NCBI GenBank assembly: GCA_965178125.1
Contig: OZ237735.1
Span: forward strand, 806,001-870,000
DNA from: Bilabrum cf. latius
Lineage: Eukaryota
Reading direction: 5' to 3'
Length of the DNA stretch: 64,000 nt
In this document: in pieces, positions 1-13,900 of the stretch
Layout of the letters: every line of letters starts with the position of its first letter
How positions within the stretch are numbered: position 1 is the first letter of the stretch
Made by a program: the position numbers and the translations under genes
The notes under the pieces: model-generated
Seen by the model: the letters and a program-made list of their open reading frames with translations, nothing else
Database searches by the model: none
Told to the model about the DNA's origin: nothing

Positions 1-206
1 CTATACCCCCATTGCGATCCGCCTTGCTGGTAGTAGGAACTGCATGACCGAAATAGCGTTGCTCAACCAGTCAATGCAGGGGGCTGTGCTTCGTCTGGCC
101 AATCCGATTTTGTCAAACAAAAAACTACACGTTACTAAATGAATCGTGTCCGGGCAAGACTGCGGTTTTTAGCCATTGGCGCTCGTAGCGTGTCGGTAAT
201 CTTGAA

Positions 207-3200
207 ATGGCGTCTGCCATCGCTGCATTTTTCGGCGGGGGAAAGAAGGGGGTCGGGTCTGACTCCAAGTACTTCTCTGCCAAGCGCAGTGAGTGCACTA
301 ATCCAGAACCTTGAACGTGCGTCGGAACGCGACCACAGCACATTCCTGTTCTATTGCTGGTCTCAATCTGAATCGCAGGCGATCGAGAAATCGAAGAGCT
401 CTCTAAGGAATTGATCTCTCCTAAGATCGATGAGATGAAGGAGGCGATCAAGAAGGTTATTGCGAATATCACTGTCGGCAAGGACATGTCGCCGTTGCTG
501 CCCCAGCTTGTGAACTGCTTGCGCACCGGTGAGATTTATTTCTGCAAAGCTACACTGTATGGCCCGTGCATGCTCTCATGAACCTGTCTGAAGTCACGTC
601 CTGCCTGACCGGATCGCAGACAATCTTGAGGCGAAAAAGCTGGTCTACCTGTACCTGATCAACTACGCAAAGACGAATCCGGAAATGACAATGATGGCAG
701 CAAACGCGTTCGTGAAGGACACGCGCAACCCGAATCCGATGCTTCGAGCTCTCGCTTTGCGAACTATGGGAGCCATTCGCGTCGACAAGATCACGGAACA
801 GCTGTGCACCCCACTTAAGCACGCGCTAACGAAAGAGACAGTGAGTCTAATTTCTAACTGCTGCGTGCCTTGTTGCCGGAATACTCGCGCGAAGCCATGC
901 TCTGTACCACCTCAAAATCTGGCTACTGGGTTGCCGCCGTTTCGCCGCAGGACCCGTACGTCCGCAAGACCGCGGCCATCTGCGTGGCGAAGCTCTTTGA
1001 TACCAACCCCGAGCTCGCGCATGACCAAGGTTTCATCATCGACCTGAACAACCTCATCTCGGACCCCAACCCGACCGTGGTGGCCAACGCCGTGGCTGCC
1101 CTGGCCGAGATCCAGGAAGGCTCCAAGGACGACGTGTTCGTGATCAACACTGCCGCGCTCACCAAGCTTACCACCGCTCTGAACGAATGCAACGAGTGGG
1201 GATAGGTCTTCATCCTGGATGCCCTGGCTAGGTACGAGCCGGCCAGCGAGCGCGAGGCCGAATCGATCATCGACAGAGTGCTCCCTCGGCTCAAGCACGC
1301 CAACGCCGCCGTTGTCCTCTCCGCTGTCAAGATCGTCCTGCTCATGCTGGACCGGATCACGTCCCCGGACACGGTGACGGGCTACCTTAAGAAACTCTCC
1401 CCTCCCCTGGTGACACTTGCCCAGGCTCCCCAGCACGAGATCCAGTACGTGGCTCTGCGGAACATCTCGCTCGTGGTGCAGAAGCGGCCAGGCCTCCTCG
1501 CCAGCAAGGTCAATGTGTTCTTCTGCAAGTACAACGACCCCATCTACGTGAAGCTCGAGAAGCTCGAGCTGCTCGTGCGGCTGGTCACCGACAAGACGAT
1601 CGACGCGGTGCTCCGCGAGCTCAGGCAGTATGCCCAGGAGGTCGACGTCGAGTACGTCCGCAGGGCCGTCCGAACCGTGGGTCGGTGCGCCATTAAGCTA
1701 GAGAAGCAGGCGGAGAAGTGCATCATGGTGATGCTGCAGCTGCTAAAGACGAAGGTATCCTACGTCGTGCAGGAAGCCGTGGTTGTCACAAAGGACATAT
1801 TCCGAAGGTATCCCAACCGGTACGAGAGCGTGATTGCAGTGATGTGCAAGGCACTCGACAATCTGGACGAGCCTGAGGCCAAGGCCTCCCTGGTGTGGAT
1901 CGTGGGTGAGTACGCGGACCGCGTGGTGAACGCCGCGCAGCTGCTGGAGCTCTTCCTGAAGGGTTTCAAGGACGAGACCGCGCAGGTGCAGCTGGCCCTG
2001 CTGACCAGCATCGTGAAGCTGTACCTCAAGAAGCCCAAGGACGCTCTAGGTGCCAACTTGGTCCGCGAGGTGCTGAAGCTGGCCACCGAGGAGAGCGACA
2101 ACCCCGACCTGCGAGACAGGGGGTACATCTACTGGAGGCTGCTGTCCACTGCACCAAAGGCAGCCAAGCTGGTCATCCTGGCGGAGAAGCCCGTCATCTC
2201 GGATGACACGAACTCGCTGCCGCCCTCTCAGCTGGATGCGTTGATCCTGCAGCTCTCCACACTGGCAGCCGTCTACCACAAGCCGCCGTCCGCCTTCGTG
2301 CGTAGATCTGCCAAGGTCGAGTTCGGAAACTCTGACGACGACTCGGAGGACGACGACTCGGAGGAGGAGGGAGACTCTGGAGACGAGGGCGAGGGTGCTG
2401 GGGAGGAGGAGTCGGACGACGACGATCTCTTGGGAGGCGGCGAGCCCCAGGCTGGGCCTGCCAGCGGTGCCGGCGCCGACACGGGCCCCGCCGCCGCCGC
2501 TGACCCCGGAGACGGGGCGGGCAGCGACGACGATGAGGCTGACCTCTTCGGGGCTGACCCGTCACCTGGAGGGGCGCCGAAGCTCCTGAACGAAGCCGAG
2601 CTGCAGAGCGTGGGCTCCAAGGGCGGGTTGGCAATCAAGGCCGCCCTAGTGAGCGTGAACGGTGTGCCCAACCTGAAGCTCGAAGTGCAGAATGACCTGC
2701 CCGCCGGCACCGCGGTGCAGCACCTGGATACTAGACTGAATGTGAACTCGTTTGGGCTGGTGCCATCCACGCTGCGGGCCACCTTCCCATACCCAGTGGG
2801 GGCGGGCAGCACCGGGTCCATCCTGATCCCGCTCGAGGTAGGTGGCGCCGGCACTCCCAAGGCCGGCGCGGCTGCTGCTCAGGCCGTCGTGCCCCGCTTG
2901 CAGTTGGCATTCCGAGAGCCCACGAGCAAGACGGTGGTGCAGGGCACTGTGGCGCTGTGGATAGAAGGGACGTTCCCTCAAGACGCGGCGTACCCGAAGC
3001 AGGAGTTCGGGCCCGCCTACAAGGCCTGCACCGGGGAGGGCCAGGAGGCCGTGTCGGTGGCCAGGGGCCTGCCCAACTCGGACGTGGATGCGATCAAAGC
3101 AGCCCTGGGCAGTGCTGGTCTCAGCTACGTGGGCAAGAGGGCCTTGCCGGGTGACAAGGTCGGCGTGTATTTTGCCTGCAAGGCGTACGGTGCCGTGAGC

Positions 3201-3365
3201 GCTAGCAGCGGGCTTGGCCCAGGCCAGGTGCCTGTGCTTGTGGAGACGCAGCTCAAGGCCGGCATGCCGGTGTGCAAGATCACGGCGCGGTCCCCCGAGG
3301 CTGGGTACGCCGATCTGGGCGCTGCAGCGGTGGAGAGACTCCTGAGGAGGATGCCCGAGGCTTGA
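207..3365 (+). CDS. AP2B1: AP-1/AP-2 adaptor complex beta subunit (beta-adaptin); exons 207-288, 379-528, 620-840, 951-3365; in-frame TAG at 1203-1205
   Basis: Spliced translation gives SDSKYF...[18 protein letters not shown]...[18 protein letters not shown]...[13 protein letters not shown]...[15 protein letters not shown]...NECNEWG*VFILD...[16 protein letters not shown], then an acidic hinge and appendage. Three GT..GCAG introns keep the phase. Ends TGA. Beta1 and beta2 are usually one gene outside vertebrates, so the symbol is approximate. Confidence 0.95.
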
Positions 3366-3522
3366 GGTGGTCAGAAGGCAATTAGTCCAGTGGGCCTGTC
3401 CGGCATGCATGAGCCATCGATCGAGCTTGCGTCGCGATGCCTGACTTTTCTATTCAATAGTCGTCTAAATTCATTCCATGCCATGGGAAACAGCCGCCCG
3501 CTTGCCACGAGGCAACGTAGGC

Positions 3523-4451
3523 TCACACGAGGTGGTACTCGGGCTTGCGGCCACGCTTGCGCTGCTTGCGGGAGGCTCCCCAGCCCCTGCGCTTGACGTT
3601 CGGGGCAACCTACTCGAAATCCCCCAGCTTGTCAGCCATCTCCTCCGCTCGCTCGCACACATCGTGCAGCATCTCCACGCAGTGCCTTCGGTTCAGCGTG
3701 ATCGTGTCATACCTCTCAGACTTGAACCGAATCAATCCCGTCTCCCAGTCGTAGAAAACGCCCAGAATCTCCTTCGCGTACTTTTTCCCAACTGTAGAGA
3801 GATTCAAATTGCCTATTGTTGTCTGCATCTTGACTCGTGCTCTCTTGATATCAGGCCGCCCCACAAGCCTCGAACCGAGCGTGAAGGCAAATTGTAGCTT
3901 GGCAGGATCAAATCTCAGAGTCCCTGCAGATGGGGGTGAGAGGTGTGCAACGGGGACATTTCAATTCGTAACGAAGAGAGAGGATGCGGTGGAGAGCATC
4001 AGTTTCGTCTCGGCTCACTGAGGACGCGGTCGCTGCTGGCGTCGTACATTGGACCGGTCTTTTGCTCGATGTCAAACTCCCTTTGTACATCCAATAGTGC
4101 TGTCTTGTCCATGTAGATTGGGATTGTGGCGGGAGCAGCACCTTCGCTATCATCGCCTAGCGCGCTGTATCCCTCCAAGTCGATTCCTCGTGGTACCTAG
4201 CTCCTCCTGACCATTTGCTCTGGTCTCTTGGCACTCTCCGCGTACATATTTCCCAATTCAGTGCCAACCGCGGTGCCATCCATAGATCGTAACTCATCTG
4301 TAGTAGGCATGCTGGACCGTACTTTGGTTGTCACGCTTGTCGTTGAAGACAACACCCTCCCACTAGCCGGCAGTGCTACCGAACGAGAAAAAGATACAAC
4401 TTCACCGATTGCACGGAATGCACATGAACTTCTCCCCAGAAACTTTCGCAT
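3523..4451 (-). CDS. Probable mitochondrial small-subunit ribosomal protein mS35 (MRP-S28/Rsm24 domain); intron 3924-4018; in-frame TAG at 4197-4199 and 3610-3612
   Basis: Arg/Ser-rich transit-peptide-like N-terminus MRKFLGRSSCAFRAIG. C-terminal RVKMQTTIGNLNLS...EILGVFYDWETGLIRFKSERYDTITLNRRHC resembles the mS35 domain. The GTGAGC..CTGCAG intron restores the frame. Ends TGA. Confidence 0.65.
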
Positions 4452-4795
4452 TTGGGAGCCGTTGCAGGCGATACTATGTGATGTAAGAGGTCTTGAGGTC
4501 TTGCATTGACCAAAACAGAAAATCATCTTCATCTTTTGGTTGCAACCGATTTTTGCACGAGAGGCGTTGAGGGCCTGCGCTGCTAAGAGCTTGATACCCA
4601 CGCTAATAGAGAACTATTGGGACGTGCAATAATCGAAGACAATCATTTTGTAGTTGGTTCCGTAGAATCCGAATGTTGCCCCCGTCGCTTCCAAGCCACA
4701 GTGTCGATGAAGTGACCGCAGCCTCTGCTTCAAAGCACAGGCCCAGGTAGTCAACATGCTCGAGTACAGCATCAAAGAAGCTACCATCACGAACG

Positions 4796-7700
4796 ATGTT
4801 AACGTATTTGACAGAGAGGAGACCCTGCTCTGCGCACCAGCGGGGTGGTCGCAGTCTGAGTGTCTTGTTCGCATTGAGCGGCTTGATTTCGCCCTCTCTT
4901 GGCTGGCGGCACTTCACAGGCTGGACAGACAAGCACTGGTGCGATTCCGTCATAGAACCTGAATGGCCGTTTGCGTACTCCAAGGTCCCGCTGCAGTCGT
5001 TCGAGCCAAGGGGTCGAACCGCGCAAGACCTGCAAGATATGGGACACGTGTGCAACTTGCGCGGTGCGCTGAGCAAGTGCCACAGATGCGAGGACATCGC
5101 GTGCGGTCCTGCTCTAGACCAAGTATGCAACTATCAGATCCAAGGGGTGCCGCCCAGTGCACTGGCAGCAAATATCCCATCCGTGCCCGACACCCCGTTC
5201 GCGGTTGGCAACATGGTATCCCACAGACAGGATTACGGGAATGCGAGCCGGATTTGCGTGATGCTTAGCGCTGGAGACTGTCTAGACCCAGCCACTACTG
5301 ACTGGAGCTAGTGTTCCGTGCGATGCTGGGGATCGGGGCTCGAGAGTCCATTGCCGTTCTCAGGGGGTTGGACCTACGACAGGCGGGAGGGCAACCCACA
5401 GGGGTACGTGGCCACGCTAGCAGGCGGGGCGGGATACTCGGACGCTATCCAAGCGAATGCACTCGCAGCAGACGTGAGGGCCTCGACGGCCTCCCCTCAG
5501 GCCCGGCATGAACCGGCCCCGGCAGGCTTCTCGGATGGGCACGCCACCCAGGACGCGCTCTTCCAGGCACCTCAGGGGGTGGCGCAGGACGCTCTCGGGA
5601 ACGTGTACGTAAGCGACACGCTCAACCACGCCATTCGAGTGGTGGTGAACGACTCGACAAGCAGCACCACCCCGTGGCGGGTCGTGACTTTGGCTGGCGG
5701 CCACGACCTTGCCAGCGGCGCGAGGGACGGCGCGCCTGGTTTCAGGGATGACCCGAGCATCGTGTCCGGCGGGTACGGGGGACTCGGGTCCAGATTTAGC
5801 CACCCGACTGGAATTGATCTTCACTACGACTGCGCGAGGCACGCTTCGTGTCCCCTGGAGCTCTTCGTCTCTGACACATTCAACCACCGCGTCAGGCGCA
5901 TTCGAGCGGCCGCCAACCCGGCCAACCCAGGCAATCCCTATGGCGCGCTTCCAACTAGAGACAGCCAGTCTGGAGGTGGGGCCGGGGGTGCATTAGTGAG
6001 CGATGGAGGCGCCACGTGGGACACGCGGTTGCTGGAGGTGACTACCCTGGCTGGCGGTGCCACAGATCTGCCCCCGGAGTCTGAGAGGCAAGGCCTAGCC
6101 GACCAGACAGGCACCACCGCCCGCTTTGACACGCCACACGGCCTAGTGGCCGACCCAATGCGACGGCGAGTGTACGTAGCTGACACAAACAACCACGTCA
6201 TCCGTGGGGTCGACATGGACTCGCAGGCGGTCTTCACCGTGGCGGGCACGATCCGCAGCGTGCGCGACAGGGAAGGTCCCGGATGCCCTGCTCCATGCGT
6301 GGAGGGCGTGCAGGGGTACAGAGATGGTCGATTGCGGGAATCGAGGTTCCACCACCCGTACGATGTGGCTCTGGGGGAAGATGGCACGCTGATGGTCGTG
6401 GATGGTGACAGGCTGAGGAGGCTCACCCTGCCGCCTGGCCTGACGTCCGACATCCAAGGCATCGACAGCGAGAATCGAGTAGTCACTCTGGCTGGCAATC
6501 TTCACGAAGGATTCGCCGATGGTATTGGTCAGGAAGCACGGTTTAGCAATCCTCGTGGGGTTGCTATGACAGCGGATGGCCGGGTGTACGTGGCAGATGC
6601 CGCGCCTTGCAGAATTCGGCGGGTAGACCCTGCGGATCACGTCGCAGTTCCATTGTAGTGCTCGGACCGCCTGGCAGATGTGGTGAGGCCGGAGGGGTGT
6701 GCCAGCTATGATCCTCCTCTGGATTCGGTGGATCGCAAATCGAGTTGGAAGAGCGGGCATATCCACTACAACTACTACCACCCGGAGGTGGACGGCTTCA
6801 TGGTACCGAGGTGCATGGGTGTGCCCCCGTTCGACAAGGGTGTCGAGAGCAATGGAGTCACGCTTGGCCCTCGGCTTGGCACCGGTAGTCGTCAATACGA
6901 GGAGAAGGTCCAGACGGATGATCGTACAACCATGCGGTTCTTCTGCGATCCGGGTTGCGGCGCAGCTGCCGCCGGCATCGCTGGTAGAGACATCGTCGGT
7001 GGTGGGGACGCAGAGCAGGTTTATTCGCAGGACTCGCTGCTGTGCGCATCTGCGGTGCACGCGGGTGTTATCGACGATACGGTTGGGGGACTCATCAACG
7101 TCACCATTCGCCGAGGGTGGGGACCGTTGTCTGGTTCTGACTCGATCAGCGCCAGCAGGGGGTTGAGTGCTGGCACCTTCAACGGTCTCACGTCTGTTGC
7201 AGCAGCCGAGGCACAGCGAACGTTCACTGTTGCGCCCTACAATCTATCTTTGGTGGAGGTGCAGACGGTGGCAGGCCATCCGTCAGCTGGGATTGACGAT
7301 TCTTGCGGGTACGACGACGAGAAGCCTGCGTTGGCGTCGAGGTTCCGCGGGCCTTCGTCCGTGGCTGTCTTTGTGAATTCAACGCTGACAAACACCCGAG
7401 GCATTGTAATCGCAGACACCTACAACAACGTGGTGCGATTCCTCTCGGCATCTTGCTCGGTACCTTGCGAGAATGGGGGTGTATGCGTTGGACCCGAGCA
7501 GTGCCAGTGCCCCTCGGGATGGTCAGGATCCGACTGCACTACGCCGGTGTGTTCCAGTGTTTGTGGGGCGAACGAGATCTGCACAGGGCCAGACGATTGC
7601 ACGTGCAAGCCTGGATTTTCAGGGCCTGGGTGCTCCGATGCAACTTGCCAGCAGACGTGCGTGCACGGAACGTGCGTTGCCCCTGACACGTGCCAATGCC

Positions 7701-10700
7701 AGCTTGGGTGGTTCGATGCGAATTGCACCACGCCAGTATGCGACTAGACGTGCGGTAATGGTGGCAATTGCACAGCTCCGGACACCTGCACTTGCCCTGA
7801 GCAGTGGTCAGGCTCCGATTGCAGGACTCCGGTGTGCCCGCAGGGGTGCTCTTCAAATGGCAACTGCACGGCTCCTGACACTTGCACCTGCGAGCATGAT
7901 TGGACCGGCCACGACTGCAGCAAGCCTATTTGCAGGCAAGGTTTCTTTCTTCCAGATCCCAACGCTCGCTATGCTCCCGTGTCGACTTCGGGTTAGCCGT
8001 GGCGAGAACCGTTTTGGGAGCAGTTCGTACCGTGCACTCTGGCTGAGTGGTGCGAGGAAACAGACACGTTTGACTGTCCTGGTCCGATGAGGCAGCAGCA
8101 TCGAACCGTTCTTCCCATCGACTACCCTGGCATACGAAATCTCACGGGCAAATTGAATGACGTAAACCCGCCACTGGGGCAGTGCATTGCAATTGAGCTT
8201 GATCTGAGCGCGGTGACCCCGTATCGCTACGAGAGCGAACTTGGCAATGCTACAGGCTACTTCAGGATGACCCCGAACTTGCCGTACGGCTGGGGGCCAA
8301 CGAACACGACGAACCCGTGGTCCAGCCCGTCTGCAACCAGCCCAGATAGACAGATTGCTCTGGTGCGCTGGGTCAACATGAACCAAGGTGTGTACGTTTG
8401 TGCAAATGGTGGCAACTGCACTGACGTAGACACGTGCACCTGTGCCCCCGGTTGGATTGGCTTCGACTGCCGCACTCCAGTGTGCCGGCAAGGGTACTAC
8501 GAGGATGAGCTGCTCAACTTGCGCTTCCCTGGTGCACAGGGGCAGTATCGCTGCAGTGAGCGAGCCATGACTGTATGGGAGAATTCGGCTGTCGGCAGCG
8601 AAAAATTCGCTGGCTATGTCCATGAACATCCCAATTACTACTCGAGGCACATGGACGATGCGATCGGCTGGGTACCTGTGCACCAAAAGACTCCACCACT
8701 TGGTGACAACACAGATGAGGGGTGGAGACGGGGAGGTTGGTGGGAGAGGGTTCCTCGAACGCGCTGGCTGCACGGGCTATGTGACGTAGAGTACAATCGA
8801 ACATGCGATTCCGGCGGCTACTACAAGGCAGTTGACCTCAGATCAAAGGAGGTGGGAGACCCTGTGGATGACACAGAGTATGCATTCAAGCCGAGGGTGA
8901 ATGTCACGTACGAGCAAGAGGTTGGCGAAGGCCGGTGGTTTGAGGCTGGAGGGTAGTGCGTGGACGTCGTGCAGAGGGGCTGCTTTAACGGTGGCTAGTG
9001 CGTTGCCCCTGACACGTGTCTGTGTCCCCCCGGGTGGGAAGGTCACGACTGTTCCTTGCCCGTGTGCTCGCAGTCCGTCGAAGAAGTTACCGTGGAGCAC
9101 AGTGCGTCCACGAGATGGACAGGAGACTAGTTCTTACCCCCAACTCTCGTGCGTGTAAACGATTCAAATTCCGGTGCTGCAGATGGCCTTTCTCCTCCGC
9201 CGGATCTACCCGGAGACAAGTTCGTACAGCTCAGGCAATGCCCTAACCGAGGCAATTGCACTCACCCAGATACCTGCACGTGCGAGAAGGGCTGGACCGG
9301 CAGCGATTGTACCGTTCCAATGTGCGCCCAGGAGTGCTTTAATGGAGGTTTTTGCAGCGCCCCCGACACGTGCACGTGTGTCACCCGTCCGGGCGCATTC
9401 GAGGACAACCGTGGCCAGCCGTACTTCAGAAAAAGTGATGGGGACCCGCAAGATACTGGCTGGACGGGTTTTGACTGCTCGGTGCCTATTTGCACGCAAG
9501 CCGAGCGGTTCGTGCTAAATGACGACGAAGGCACAGCTCGGCTAGCTGCAGGCGTTGTCAATGATGGGCGCAACTTCCAGGGCGGGTGCGTGCCTGCCTC
9601 TGAGTACACTCCAACAAACCGCACTCGAACATCTGAGGCATTGTGCGGCAGGGAGGTGTGGTATCAAGGGATCTATGAGCACTCCTGGACAAATGACGAG
9701 GCCAACTCGTTCCGAAGCGACGGCAGGTTCATGCGGGTCAACCACCCCAACTTCGTGCAAATTGATGCGCAAACTTGGGTGAACGGACCGCGAGTTGACG
9801 GTGAAGGGATCTATGCGTGCTTCAACGATGGTGCGTGCACGGCACCGGAGACATGCAACTGCACAGACGGCTGGGAAGGCTATGACTGCAACTCTCCTGT
9901 TTGCAGATACACTGACTACTACGGGAACATCCGTGGGTGCTAGCACAGCGGTATTTGTGCAGGACCGAACGACTGCCAGTGTATCTAGCACGAGTCGCTG
10001 TTGCCTGAGGTGCACCCTGATATATAGCCCACCACGACGGGGTGGACGGGGCAGGACTGTTCCATCGCGATATGTGCACAAGGATTTTTTGATCCTGAAT
10101 GCACTGAGGTGCCGCCAGGACCTGGTGGTGTGTCATCTGGTGGTCAAGGATGCTATCGGTGTGCGAATGGAGGCAACTGCACTGCCCCCGATGTGTGCAC
10201 TTGCCCTCCCGAGTGGACTGGGTTCGACTGCAAGACTCCAGTGTGCACCCAGCATGCAGATGTTCAGACTATAAAGGATCTTAACACGGAGGATCCTGTA
10301 AAGATTCAGCAGTTTGAGCTAGATCCCTGCGGCTCCGAGCTTACAGAAGAGTGGAACGGCATGACAGTCGGCCGCGGCAACTGTTCGTCGCCTGACACCT
10401 GCACGTGTCTTTGCAAGAGCCGGTCGTGGCTGGATGCGGACGGCAATTTAGTGGATGAACCATGGACAGACCCTCTTAATCGAGGGCTACAGCCTGGCTT
10501 CATATATGGCGATTCAGACTGCCTCGACGGGTACCAGGGGTACTTGAATCCAGACGGGTCGTTCAGGACTTGCCACCTAACCATCTACGTGCCGACTTGG
10601 TTCGAGCGCAATACGGTTCTGATCATCATTTTAGTTGCTGCTTTCATTGTTGTAGCCATTGCTGTGGGCATCTTCGTGCAGAGGAAGCTTCGGCAGAGGT

Positions 10701-10789
10701 ACGTGGCGATGATGGCGCAGCGGCGGGCATCTCGACGAACTTCGGAAGAGAGCACTGGCCCAAGTGCCACTGCTTTTGGAGCGCCGTGA
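4796..10789 (+). CDS. ~2,000 aa type I membrane protein: NHL repeats, LCCL domain, many EGF-like repeats, single C-terminal TM helix; single exon with 10 in-frame TAG
   Basis: ORFs 4796, 5318, 6680, 8087, 9149 and 10109 share one frame and are separated only by TAG. NHL motifs ([32 protein letters not shown]), LCCL motif [17 protein letters not shown], repeated C-x-NGG-x-C-x-APD-x-C-x-C-x-x-GW-x-G-x-DC, [23 protein letters not shown] followed by a basic tail. Ends TGA then TAA. An alternative in-frame ATG lies at 4673. Confidence 0.88.
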
Positions 10790-10941
10790 TAACTCAATAC
10801 AGTACTCATCAAATACAAATCTTCTTGTCAGTATCTACACATGAATCATACAAAACTCTTAACGAATTTATCACAGAAACTGCACCGACGTAAACCCCGA
10901 GAATTTGACCTCACACTGGTTCTCGGCAGCGCCAAAGTCGC

Positions 10942-13900
10942 TCATACTTGGATGCGCCGAGACAAATACCTAATGCACAAGTCGAAACCACGCTCGCTCC
11001 GTTCATGTTCAGCAGCTAGAGCTGGGGGGATGTTTGTTCTGGCTGGTGGCCTTGGGCCCAACTACGCTTCACCAGCAGTTAGTCGCCCTGTTGTCCAAGC
11101 CTGCTTCAACTTCGACGGCACACCTGACGATGAATCACCTACCTTTGTCTCCATCATTGTGACCTCTGCCTACGAACGAAGATCGTCCAAATCTTCAGAG
11201 GCACCGGCCTGGACGACTGCAAAGCACTCCGCCGCTACGCACACGTGGAACACGCTTGCCCTGGAGAGCAAGTCCCCGAGCGCGGCACCATCCTTGTCCG
11301 TATATAGTACACGAGCAGCGTGTCGACACAGAGATGGCAGGACCTGCACAAGAAGATCAGCGTAGCCAAACAGAACCTGCCGGGTTGGGGGGGACGCTGT
11401 GCCCCTGGGGTCCAGCACGCTGGCACTCTCAACCTGCGAGCATGCAAGGGCAAGCTGCACCCCGCGCAGCGCTGCAACCGCGCAGCATCGAGCAGATACA
11501 ATGAATGCAGCGCTTTGAGGTGAAGTGGCATGTACCCTGCACAGGCCTCGCCACGCCGCCGGGCAACGCATCCTTGCCTACCCACCGTCAGTACCACAGT
11601 CCGATTGCTCAGGATCTGGCAAAAGCTATTGAGCCATTCCTAGAGTCGACTTACATATCCTTAGAATGATAGCTGCCGTCCCACGGAGCATCTGTATGGC
11701 TGACTGGATTTGCTGGCGGTGTGAACCGACGGCTAATCCTGCAGCGACAACGCCACGAGCATGAGCCTTTGGATCTCCCCTGAGCGCCGCATGGAACTGA
11801 CACAGGCACAGGTAGGTCAAATCGATGAGCTACCGGCAGGTTTTCGTTGCATGTAGTAACGTGAGACCAGAATGCGACCACGATGCTGGGGCTTCATTCG
11901 CATCAAGGAAAGACTATGCCTGTCTGAGTCGCAGCGACAGAACGCGGCCAACAGCAGGGGGGGGTTGCCCGGCTTCCTGATCCCCCCGAGAGATATCAAA
12001 CACCAACTCAACTAAACTACGCGATGCTTTCTCTGGCCGACTCGAAGTCTTGGGCTGCAGCCACTGTGGCAATGGCAGTGTGACGGTCTTACTCTGACTG
12101 CTGCTCTTGGATGGCATGACAAATGATTTCGGCACAACGCTTGGAAGATGCCGTAGATGCGTTGCCTTCTAGCTTGCAGCGCCATGAATAGACGGAAGGG
12201 CATGCTCTAGGCTGCTTCCGCCTGCAGCAACACTCGATGCACTGGCCGCTTCTGGAGCGGTAGGGACAACAGAGTCAGGCACCTTGGTGGATGAGCGACC
12301 CGAAAGCTTCATTTCCGTACCTGCAGCACCAGCAGCATCGGAGCGGACTTCGCGCTTGGTACTGCTACTTTTGCCGGCCATGTACGCTTCATCGTCATCC
12401 TAGAGTGAACCAACTGAGTCTGCATCGCCCACGTCGGTTGCATGCGCTGCATGTGACTACGAATGATCGATCTCGGCGCGAGCCGGCGAACCACCAATGC
12501 CAGAAGCTGGGAGTCTGGACGGCTTCGGCACTTCGCGTATTGGAAGTACCGCAAGCCGTGCCGGCAAATTTAACTGCAAAGAGTTCAGACACATTCGAAG
12601 CGTTTCTAGCATTTGAGCTGCTTTCGAAGTTGACTTAGAGGTGGCCCTTCCTAGCACATCCGATATGGGCAAGACTGCCTCCATAGGTACACAAGTCTCA
12701 TGTTCCATGAAATGGTCAACGCCATCGACAGGAAGCAAGTTTTGCTGCCATTCAGCAATTTTTGCAGGCTCACTTGCATTATCAGAGCCCGAATCATCAT
12801 GTTCCTGCGTGTTCGAGGCCTGTGCATCGGCTTGGGTTGCAGCATGCTGGTCTCCCATAAATTCGTGTACTCCAGGCAACACAGCTACCTAGCGTTCGAC
12901 GGCACCAAGGATCTATCGAACCGCTTTCCGAAGTGACGATGGTAGGCCGCGGGTCTCAAACCCGCCACTACGGGATGCTGCACAAGTCAGCACAGACGAT
13001 GCTAGTTCTTCAGCTCTAGGCTACTCTTTGCTTTGCGCAGGGTCAGCTGCTCGCTCAATGATGGCTTTCAAGATTACGCTACCGGTCCTGAGCACCAGAT
13101 TCGGGAGTTGGATCGAAAGCGTAGCCTCGTTGTATTCGTCTTCACCATCATCGCTGGCATGCACCCCACTGGAACTCTCCCCAGGGACTTGCAGCAGAGA
13201 GGCCAATGATGCTTGCGGTATGGACACAGCTGTAGTAGTGGTTTCGCTGTCTTGCCAAGCAGTGCTATCAGCGCCTTCTACAAGCACGTCTATCCCTGAT
13301 GCAGCAGCGTGAGCCATCTGCTCTACACTCACTGCAAGATCGCGGAGGTCTTGTCCTGTCTCAAGGTTGTTGCAGGAGGGCTCTTGGACGTCTTGTCCCC
13401 CCGAGCTCGTGCCAAGGGTCGCCGTCCAAGAAAATCGGACATCGGAAGAACCATGCTGAAGGTTCCGACCAACCACAGTCTTGACTCGCATGCGCAGTAG
13501 CAGCAGCCTACGCAAGGTTCGTGAGATGCAATGGCACGCAGAGGCTAGCAATCGGATAAGGCGACGAGCAAGCTCTGGCTGACGTTGCAGTCGAATCAAT
13601 ACAGCACCACCGGATGATACGTGTGATGTACCAGCGCCAGAAAGCACTGCCTTTCGAGCATGCTACAGATACGCAGTAGCCAAGGCGCTGCGAGACGCCA
13701 GTTCGTGGCAGGCAACATCGAGTTGCAGCGCCCACTCCAAGTCTAGCCGTTGTTGCACGAGCTGTCTTCTTCCATCGGATATGGCTTGAAACACTCTAGA
13801 GGCACTGGTCTTGTGCTCTCTATCGGCTGCGTCAAGGTCAGGACCATCTATCGGCTTCAGGTGCTCACTCACAGTAGATGCATGCATGTTCCCAGCAAGT

